A stretch of 64,000 nucleotides of DNA from an uncultured Gammaproteobacteria bacterium (GTDB lineage: Bacteria > Patescibacteriota > Patescibacteriia > UBA1558 > UBA10009), in contig CAZPMS010000001.1 in the NCBI GenBank assembly GCA_964588165.1, positions 27,303 through 91,302 on the forward strand. Reading direction: 5' to 3'. Positions 57,058 through 64,000 of this stretch are shown piece after piece. Every line of letters starts with the position of its first letter. Position 1 is the stretch's first letter. Below the pieces are notes generated by a model. It ran no database searches, was not told the DNA's origin, and was given only the letters and a program-made list of their open reading frames with translations. The position numbers were made by a program, and so were the translations under genes.

Positions 57058-58190
57058 AAGTTATATAAAATGCTATCCATTTGCCGGGCAATATTATCCC
57101 AGCTGTATTTTTTTGATACCTCTAGACCGTTACTTATTAATTTATTTTTTAAACTAATGTCTTTTAATCTTTTAACTTGAGTAGCAATACTTTGAGGATC
57201 TTGGACCTCGCAGACTAATCCTGTTTCGTCACTGACTAAAAAATCTTTAATACCGCCTACTCTAGTGGCAATTATTGGCAAACCAGCGGCCATGGCTTCT
57301 ACAAAAGCATTGCCAAACCCTTCGGAAAGCGAAGGCCGACAGAAAACTTCTGCCAAATTAAGATATTTGTAAAGTTCTTTATTATTAACCTGGCCGGCAA
57401 AAATTACTTTATCTTTAAGTTTAAGATTATCTATTTGCTGCCTAAGTTGAAGCCCTAAATGACCATCGCCCACCAATAATAACTTATATTCGGTCGGCAA
57501 AAAAGTAAGTGAATTTATCAAGTCGGCCAGGCCATTTTTTTCTACCAATCTAGAAACACTGATAATAATTTTGTCTTCATTATTGATTCCTAATTCCTGT
57601 TTTAAAATATTTTTTTCCTGACCACTTATTTTTTTCCTGAAAGATTCCTGATCAAAGCCATTTGGCACAACTTCTAGCTGGCCCTGATAGTCATAGCTCT
57701 TAGCTCTTTTTGCTAACCACTTGCTAATGGCCTGGATTAAATCTGCCTGCCTATAGACTTGTTTATAAAGCGGATACCAAAACCAGGTCCGTTTCATAAT
57801 AAATTCATCACTATCACCGCTTTGTAAGGTAAGTAGGTATTTTACTTGATAGCTCCATTTAAATAACAAAGCTGCCAAGCCGGCATAATTGGCCATCATC
57901 CCCCAGATAATTTCAAATTTATTTTCCTGATGTAAAGATACAGCCCTAAACCAAGCCCAGATAAAAAATAGATATTTATCCAGCCTATTGCCAAAACCGA
58001 CCCGATGGATAAAAATATTGCCACGCTTTTCCTCTTCAGGATTTTTTTTATTAAACCTGGCCGTTATCAAATGGAAATCATAATTATCCAGCCGGTTGGT
58101 AATTTCTTCCAAGGCAAGCTCTGCTCCGCCTATTAAAGGGTGGTAAGAAAGAGAAAAAATTAAAACCTTTTTCTTGTTATTTTCCTTCAT
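57054..58190 (-). CDS. GT4 family glycosyltransferase
   Basis: 378 aa; EGFGNAFVEAMAAGLPII. Confidence 0.8.
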   Translation of the reverse strand: MKENNKKKVLIFSLSYHPLIGGAELALEEITNRLDNYDFHLITARFNKKNPEEEKRGNIFIHRVGFGNRLDKYLFFIWAWFRAVSLHQENKFEIIWGMMANYAGLAALLFKWSYQVKYLLTLQSGDSDEFIMKRTWFWYPLYKQVYRQADLIQAISKWLAKRAKSYDYQGQLEVVPNGFDQESFRKKISGQEKNILKQELGINNEDKIIISVSRLVEKNGLADLINSLTFLPTEYKLLLVGDGHLGLQLRQQIDNLKLKDKVIFAGQVNNKELYKYLNLAEVFCRPSLSEGFGNAFVEAMAAGLPIIATRVGGIKDFLVSDETGLVCEVQDPQSIATQVKRLKDISLKNKLISNGLEVSKKYSWDNIARQMDSILYNL

Positions 58191-58986
58191 TCAATTTTAA
58201 ATTTATTTCCTTAGCCGTTTTTAACAATTCAAAATCAACGCCATTCTTTTTAGCAAAATCGATTAAGCTGTAAACATCTTTCCTTAAACACTTGCCGCCA
58301 AAACCCCGGTAGCCTTTATGGATTACTTTTAGATGGCTATCCGAAATTCTTTTATCAGCCGCAAAACCTTCGGCCACTTTTTCATAATCAATTCCGCTTA
58401 CCTGGCAGATATCATAAATCTGATTGGCAAAAATTACCTTAAGAGCATAATAATTATTAACCATATATTTAATCATTTCTGCTTCATTGGAACCCATGGC
58501 TTGTTTAAAAGGTGCATCCGGTAAAATTGCTAAAATTTCTTTGGCTACTGGTTGGCTTTTTTGAGTATAGCCAATAATCTGTTTGTCCGGTTTTAGAAAA
58601 TCCTCCACAGCTGTTGCTTCAGTTAGAAATTCCGGATTAAAAAGCACTTTTAGCTCTGGATATTTTTCTTGGTAATCTTTAGTAGTGCCGGGTAAAACAG
58701 TTGATCTTATAACAATAATTTTATCTTTAAGATTGGCTAAATTATTAAAGACATCATCCATTTCGGTTAGATCAAAACCTTTACCCGCTTCGCCGCCCTC
58801 CTTGACGCGAGGCGAGTCATTGGTATAGGGAGTAGGTACGCAAATAAAAATTATATCTTGTCCTAAAACATCTTCCAACGAATCTGAATCGTTATATTTA
58901 TCGTAAATTTTTGCTTCTTTAAAATACTGCTTCATGGCGTTGCCTAAAACACCGCCGCCAAAAATTCCAACTTTTTGTTTATTCAT
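58177..58986 (-). CDS. Short nucleotide-sugar dehydrogenase (UDP-Glc/GDP-Man DH family) lacking the C-terminal UDP-binding domain
   Basis: GIFGGGVLG Rossmann, IRSTVLPGTT, catalytic Cys motif FGGKCLRKD; stops ~20 aa after the catalytic Cys (269 aa). Confidence 0.7.
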   Translation of the reverse strand: MNKQKVGIFGGGVLGNAMKQYFKEAKIYDKYNDSDSLEDVLGQDIIFICVPTPYTNDSPRVKEGGEAGKGFDLTEMDDVFNNLANLKDKIIVIRSTVLPGTTKDYQEKYPELKVLFNPEFLTEATAVEDFLKPDKQIIGYTQKSQPVAKEILAILPDAPFKQAMGSNEAEMIKYMVNNYYALKVIFANQIYDICQVSGIDYEKVAEGFAADKRISDSHLKVIHKGYRGFGGKCLRKDVYSLIDFAKKNGVDFELLKTAKEINLKLNEGK

Positions 58987-59012
58987 TTTTATGTTCTTAA
59001 ATTTAATTAATA

Positions 59013-59264
59013 TTATCTATACACTTCTTTACGATGGCTAATCATTAAAATAACTATTTGTTTTTCTTCTACATCAAAAATTACCCTATAATTACCAGCC
59101 CTGTATCTATAGTGGCCAAAATCAGGATGGGCCATTGGTTTAGCAAAAGCTAAAGGGTTTTTTTTAGAAATAAAAAAAGATAGCTTTTTAATAATTCTTT
59201 TTCTTGTCTCATCAGGAAGCTTGTCTAAATCTTTTTTCGCTGCTCCGGTAAAAACTATTTTCAT
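59013..59264 (-). CDS. Type II toxin, RelE/ParE family
   Basis: 83 aa; GNYRVIFDVEEKQIVILMISHRKEVY typical RelE fold ending; 4-nt overlap with the upstream antitoxin. Confidence 0.8.
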   Translation of the reverse strand: MKIVFTGAAKKDLDKLPDETRKRIIKKLSFFISKKNPLAFAKPMAHPDFGHYRYRAGNYRVIFDVEEKQIVILMISHRKEVYR

Positions 59265-59530
59265 ATGATCTTATCTAAAGGAATTCTTTTTTTATCTGTT
59301 CTGGATTTTGCGACTTTTGCAGTTAGGTACTTAGATTTTAAAATTTCTATATCTTCGTGAAGATCATCTACAAATAACATATGTTTAGGAGGAACTAAAA
59401 ACCCAATGGTTTCTTTATTCCTTACCACTCTAAAAAAGCCGCCATCTTTAATTTTAGCCGCCAGGGCAGATACTTTAGTCTGTAAATCCCTAACAGTTGC
59501 TATTTTTTCTTGGGAAACTGATAAACGCAT
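59261..59530 (-). CDS. Type II antitoxin (Phd/YefM-like)
   Basis: 89 aa, upstream of and overlapping the RelE gene. TTGACA-16/17-TATATA promoter on the minus strand at ~59577-59604. Confidence 0.65.
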   Translation of the reverse strand: MRLSVSQEKIATVRDLQTKVSALAAKIKDGGFFRVVRNKETIGFLVPPKHMLFVDDLHEDIEILKSKYLTAKVAKSRTDKKRIPLDKII

Positions 59531-59674
59531 AATTTTATTAATTAATGGTTGATTTCTTTATAAATATAGTATATACTAAACGTCGTCAATCTGTCAACAA
59601 TATATTTAATCGCTCTTGCTCTGAATAATAATTTAGGTTATATTATAACATAATAATAATGCTGATTAAAGAAA

Positions 59675-60760
59675 ATGGAAAAAATCATTTATTTAGTAAC
59701 TAAATCTGAATGGGGCGGCGCCCAGGAATATATTTATAACCTGGCAACATCACTGCCTAAAGATAAATTTGATGTTTTAGTTTTGGCCGGTGAAGGCAAT
59801 GGTAAACTATTCAAAGAATTGGCCAAACAAAACATAAAATATCGTAAACTCAAATACACTAAACGATCTATAAACATTTTTTATGACAAACTGGCTCTTT
59901 TGGAATTGATAAAAATATTTAAACATGAAAAGCCGAACATCATCCATCTAAATAGTTCCAAAATAGGTTTTTTAGGCAGCCTAGCCACAAAATTTCTACC
60001 CACTACAAATTACCCACTACAAACTATTTACACCGCCCACGGCTGGGTTTTTAATGAACCGCTCCCCTTCTTATCTAAAAAGCTTTATTATTTTATTGAA
60101 AAATTATCAGCCAAATGGAAAGATACAATTATTACCGTTTCTAAAAATGATGAACAGATAGCAAATAAGTTTAAATTTAAGTCAAAAATAATTACTATTC
60201 CCAACGCTGTTGATCCTGATAATCTCGATTTTTTGAATAAAGACGAGGCAATAAAAAAAATCAGTAAGAACGCGCCCTGGCGCCTTCCTTCCAAGCTAAT
60301 AGGAACTATTGCAAATCTCTATCCCACTAAAGGACTTAACTATTTAATTGATACGGCAAAACTTTTACCTCAATATAAATTCATAATAATCGGTGAAGGA
60401 CCAGCTAGAAAAAATTTAGAAAATCAAATTAAGCATTTGACTTTAAAAAATATAATATTGAAGGGCAGTATTCCACAGGCTCACAAATATTTAAAAGCTT
60501 TTAGCTGTTTTATTTTGCCTTCGGTTAAAGAGGGCATGCCTTATGTAATTCTAAAGGCTATTGCTTCTGATGTGCCGATTGTTACCACTTGCGTTGGCGG
60601 CCTACCGGAAGTTGTAGACAACAATTTTTTGGTTAAACCAGCCGACCCTAAAGCTTTAGCTGATAAGATTAATGAGGTTATTAAAAATCCTGATTTAAAA
60701 CAACAACACACTCCTCCCAGTTTTCATGAGTTTTTAAAGAAAACAATTGAATTATATTAA
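59675..60760 (+). CDS. GT4 family glycosyltransferase
   Basis: 361 aa; KEGMPYVILKAIASDVPIV. Confidence 0.8.
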   Translation: MEKIIYLVTKSEWGGAQEYIYNLATSLPKDKFDVLVLAGEGNGKLFKELAKQNIKYRKLKYTKRSINIFYDKLALLELIKIFKHEKPNIIHLNSSKIGFLGSLATKFLPTTNYPLQTIYTAHGWVFNEPLPFLSKKLYYFIEKLSAKWKDTIITVSKNDEQIANKFKFKSKIITIPNAVDPDNLDFLNKDEAIKKISKNAPWRLPSKLIGTIANLYPTKGLNYLIDTAKLLPQYKFIIIGEGPARKNLENQIKHLTLKNIILKGSIPQAHKYLKAFSCFILPSVKEGMPYVILKAIASDVPIVTTCVGGLPEVVDNNFLVKPADPKALADKINEVIKNPDLKQQHTPPSFHEFLKKTIELY

Positions 60761-60766
60761 TAAAAA

Positions 60767-60801
60767 GTAGGGGTTCAAAATCTTGAACCCCTACTTTTTT
60801 T
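60767..60801 (+). terminator. Rho-independent terminator (gtaggggttcaa-aatc-ttgaacccctac, then T7)
   Basis: 12-bp perfect stem, T-run. Confidence 0.7.
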
Positions 60802-60815
60802 ACTCCAAAACCAAA

Positions 60816-60839
60816 CCCAGCCCCTCGCGAGGGGCTGGG
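60816..60839 (-). terminator. GC hairpin (cccagcccctcgcgaggggctggg) acting as a terminator for the convergent minus-strand surface-protein gene
   Basis: 10-bp stem; U-rich (tttggttttgg) on the minus strand. Confidence 0.5.
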
Positions 60840-60887
60840 TTATTTCAGAGTATCAACTAATACAAGTTGAGATTTAACTAAATTGCT

Positions 60888-63800
60888 TTAGTTAAGAGAT
60901 CTCTGGACATCTAATGTCTTCAACTTATAACCGTTGAAGAAGTCTTTAGATGAAGTGGCAGCAGTACTATTATAGCTGAATTCTGCATCAACATCTTGGT
61001 GGGTATTGTTACCATTTACACCTGTACTATCAGACCAGATGATCCAAGCGGCTGATTCATTAGAAGCATCGCTGTCATCATAGATAGTATCGGTTAAACA
61101 GTACTTGGTAGCACCGTGAGTACTATTATCACCAACTAAGTCACAAGAACCGGCAATACGGGCTGCAGCAGTAGTTGCGCTATCACCATCAAAGAGATAC
61201 ATGCCCATGGAGTCGTTACTGGAAGCGCCAGTATCAACGTTTCCGGCTGTAGCTCTTAAGATGTAATATTTGCTAGTGCCAGCAGTAACTAACCTGTCGT
61301 CATTAAAGACAACGATAATATCATGTGTACTGGAGGCAGAAGCACCAGCAGCGCCTTGACCGGCGATGTTGTGATAAAGAACGCCAGAAGCAGCGCTTAA
61401 TTTACCACCAGCAATACCGGTAGCAGTAGTTCCGGTAGCGCCCCAACCATTGTAGACTTGATAACTATCAGTATTGTTATCGCCTTGAGTTAAGGCAGAT
61501 GCATTACCATAGCTTGAACCTTCCAGGATCTGGAAGTTGGTCAAGGACAGGGTTGAAGAATTAATAACTGTATCGGTGAGTGATAACTTGAAGGATAATT
61601 TCTTCAAGGTTACGTTAGTGCCGCCTTCAGCTGCATCAACTCTAACCCTATATAGATCAACCGGACCATTAGCTAAGGTTAAGTTTTCCGAAGTATCAAC
61701 CACAAATGTTGGCAAAGCGCCATGAACAGTCATAGCATTACCGTTTTGGTCAACATTATTACTGGAGTTGGTAATCTTAGTTGAGCTTGAACCGCCTCCA
61801 ACAGCTTCGAAGTTACCAGCAGCAACAAACCTAGCAATAACAATATCACCGGTATAGGTATTATATGTCTGGTTAATGGCTTCTAAGTTGTAATAAACAT
61901 TAACGGTAGCATAGTTGTTAGATGCAACATAGATAGGATTGTCAGTAATGTTAAAGTCTGCATTAGCGCTAACTACAGCCTGGGTTGCAGTTACAGTATC
62001 ACCAGCTTCATTTTGGTAGCTGATAGTAACACTGTCAATAGCCCTGGTAGAAGTTCCGCCGTTGTTAAACTGCTCGGAAATTCTTATCTTATTAACCTTA
62101 AAGGATTCATTAGTGGACTGGAACCTAAGGTTCATTACTGGGACATCAGAAGTACCGGCAATTACATTAGCCACTGGAGGATTACTTTCGGTAGTAACAT
62201 TTAAGGTACCTTCGTTAGTAATAGTGAGGTAATAGTCACCGCCCATATCAGTAGCCACACCATTACCCTGAGTTATAACCCAAGCAGTACTAAGGTCATT
62301 GTCAGTTAAAGTAACTGATGTGCCGTCGGTATCTTGTGCAGTAATATCACCAACAGCAGCCATATTAAGCTTAACGTACTTGTCGCCGTCAGAACCGTTG
62401 GCATAAGCAGTATTGCTTACATCGCCAACTACCCTTAAGACATGGGTTTCTCCGGCAGGAATTGTCCAACTCATATTATCAAAGGTGACTTTACCGGTAG
62501 TAGAGCCAAAGCCTTCAGAAGTAGAGTTAAGGTTGTTGGTCATATCAGGATCATCAGTCATGTCGTAAATACGCACATTACTGATTAAGTTATTAACATA
62601 AGAGAAGACATCTCCGCCCATATTAATACAATAAGTATCACCGTCTGAACCAGCAGCACAGCCGCCAGCAGCAGCAGGAATACTATTAGCTGTTGTTGGG
62701 GAAGTAGAAGCGTTATAACCGGTAAAGGCTAAGCTTGAAATTTCAATATCAGAACCTTGTCCGGTATTAAAGGCGAATTCGCCTAAGTTAACATCGTCAG
62801 TTCCCTGAACAATAGTTACAGCAGCGGCATTACTGGCCAAAGCCCAACCAACAGAAGCTGCAGCTACTGTCATCTGATTACCAGTTGTATTGGTAGTTGG
62901 AACCAAATCAGTTACCCACTGGTTATTATCAGTATTCTTAACGCCATCAGCACTGTTTAAGGTGTAAGCAGTTTCTGTAGTAGTATACCTTGTACCGCTA
63001 CTACCTAAAACTGCATAGTAGTCATCAGCATCTAAGCTGGTATGCAAGTCTCCCATAATGGCAAAATTCCTGGTTTCACCGGAATCAAAGGTAAAGTAGT
63101 CGGTAAAGTCATAGTAGACACCATCTGCACTATCAATGTTAGTAAAGCCGGAACAGTTAATTGCGCCTGTTGATTCACCATTATCAACGTCAACAATCTT
63201 AACGTTCATAATGTAATCAGTGGCACAAGAATCGCTGGTAGAAGCATCAGTAGCGGCAGTGGCACCAATATCAGAACCGGCACCTGCGTCGCTATGAAGC
63301 TCAACTCTCATCTTTCTCAATTCGGCGTTAATGCCGGCAGTAATAGAGAAATTCATGAAGACTACATCAGTAGCGCCTTTAGCTAAATTAGAAGCTACAG
63401 GGCCGTTCATGGCTACGGTAATCTGGCCGCCCTGGACAACTGAGTAAGTAGAATCACTACAAGTTGCTTCAGTAGTACAACTGGTATCGTTACCATCGTA
63501 ACCTAGATCATCAGCGGCATTGGAAGCATCAGAATCAACACTGGCTCCAAAGCCATAGACAGCGCCAACGGCAAAAATGTCGGCATTATCTTCCAAATAG
63601 ATCTTAACGGTATCATTATTCCTGGCAGAACCGGAAATATCTGCAGTTACCTTAAAGATTCTATTGGTATTCTTTTCCAAGAGGAAAGGATTTGCTGATA
63701 AATCAAAGATAATTAAGCTTTTGTTGGTAATAGAAGCAACAGAGCCTAATTCAGTGTTGCCTTGATAAAGCTTCATATTTGTTAGGTAAGCATTATTAAC

Positions 63801-64000
63801 GCTACCTGCTTGATACAAAGTAACTCTATTAAGGTTTACATCTTCACCGGAACCGGCAGTTAGCTTAAACTGGGCAATATTTGCGCCAATTTGGCCAACA
63901 ACAGGATTGGAAATAGAACCGTTCTCATCAATAACCACAGAACCGGCAGTAGAAGAACCAATGGTTACGGTATTACTGTTTAATGGGAAAGAACCATTAA
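60888..64000 (-). CDS. Giant Ser/Thr/Asn/Gly/Asp-rich, Cys-poor surface protein (S-layer/adhesin-like), C-terminal >1000 aa; N-terminus outside window
   Basis: Low-complexity beta-rich composition with no TM in the visible part; the frame stays open to position 64000. Confidence 0.6.
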   Translation of the reverse strand, partial: NGSFPLNSNTVTIGSSTAGSVVIDENGSISNPVVGQIGANIAQFKLTAGSGEDVNLNRVTLYQAGSVNNAYLTNMKLYQGNTELGSVASITNKSLIIFDLSANPFLLEKNTNRIFKVTADISGSARNNDTVKIYLEDNADIFAVGAVYGFGASVDSDASNAADDLGYDGNDTSCTTEATCSDSTYSVVQGGQITVAMNGPVASNLAKGATDVVFMNFSITAGINAELRKMRVELHSDAGAGSDIGATAATDASTSDSCATDYIMNVKIVDVDNGESTGAINCSGFTNIDSADGVYYDFTDYFTFDSGETRNFAIMGDLHTSLDADDYYAVLGSSGTRYTTTETAYTLNSADGVKNTDNNQWVTDLVPTTNTTGNQMTVAAASVGWALASNAAAVTIVQGTDDVNLGEFAFNTGQGSDIEISSLAFTGYNASTSPTTANSIPAAAGGCAAGSDGDTYCINMGGDVFSYVNNLISNVRIYDMTDDPDMTNNLNSTSEGFGSTTGKVTFDNMSWTIPAGETHVLRVVGDVSNTAYANGSDGDKYVKLNMAAVGDITAQDTDGTSVTLTDNDLSTAWVITQGNGVATDMGGDYYLTITNEGTLNVTTESNPPVANVIAGTSDVPVMNLRFQSTNESFKVNKIRISEQFNNGGTSTRAIDSVTISYQNEAGDTVTATQAVVSANADFNITDNPIYVASNNYATVNVYYNLEAINQTYNTYTGDIVIARFVAAGNFEAVGGGSSSTKITNSSNNVDQNGNAMTVHGALPTFVVDTSENLTLANGPVDLYRVRVDAAEGGTNVTLKKLSFKLSLTDTVINSSTLSLTNFQILEGSSYGNASALTQGDNNTDSYQVYNGWGATGTTATGIAGGKLSAASGVLYHNIAGQGAAGASASSTHDIIVVFNDDRLVTAGTSKYYILRATAGNVDTGASSNDSMGMYLFDGDSATTAAARIAGSCDLVGDNSTHGATKYCLTDTIYDDSDASNESAAWIIWSDSTGVNGNNTHQDVDAEFSYNSTAATSSKDFFNGYKLKTLDVQRSLN

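Noticed and set aside
1-64000. CRISPR arrays, tRNA/rRNA genes, integrases or phage structural genes
   Set aside because: No evenly spaced direct repeats with unique spacers, no tRNA cloverleaf candidates in the few non-coding gaps, and no integrase/recombinase or capsid/terminase-like ORFs. The only mobile machinery recognised is the RAYT with REP elements and the TA pair.

Overview
This is an AT-rich (~30% GC), tightly packed bacterial accessory region, almost entirely a cell-surface glycan locus. Gene organisation resembles CPR/Patescibacteria-type small genomes, but the taxon cannot be proven from sequence alone.

Glycan-related content:
- A UDP-GlcA/UDP-Xyl/UDP-GalA nucleotide-sugar module (ugd, UXS, 4-epimerases).
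- Two separate nonulosonic-acid (sialic-acid-like) modules, each with a NeuB-type synthase and a CMP-sugar cytidylyltransferase, plus one NeuC.
- Many tailoring enzymes: class I and FkbM methyltransferases, SDR, ALDH, 2-hydroxyacid dehydrogenase, HAD phosphatase, AsnB-type amidotransferase, CE4 deacetylase.
- At least 10 GT4/GT2 glycosyltransferases, a priming sugar-phosphate transferase, a Wzx-like flippase, and an O-antigen-ligase-TPR fusion.
- A polyprenol-phosphate-sugar triad: GT2 (ArnC/Ppm1-like), GT39/83 (ArnT/PMT-like), and a LAB_N protein.
- cysD and cysN (sulfate activation) with no APS kinase domain, a subtilisin with FG-GAP repeats, and a giant Ser/Thr/Asn/Gly-rich surface protein.

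Mobile and accessory content embedded in the locus:
- An IS200-like REP-associated tyrosine transposase (RAYT) carrying an in-frame REP insertion, with a degenerate partial duplicate upstream.
- At least four families of GC-rich palindromic repeats in intergenic spacers, often overlapping gene ends.
- A RelE/Phd toxin-antitoxin pair.
- Three small higher-GC ORFs with near-consensus sigma70 promoters and strong RBSs.
- A ~1.5 kb higher-GC islet encoding a membrane protein.
- A very AT-rich islet with an internally repeated membrane protein and a 163-aa secreted protein bracketed by 44-bp direct repeats.

No rRNA, tRNA or CRISPR array was recognised.
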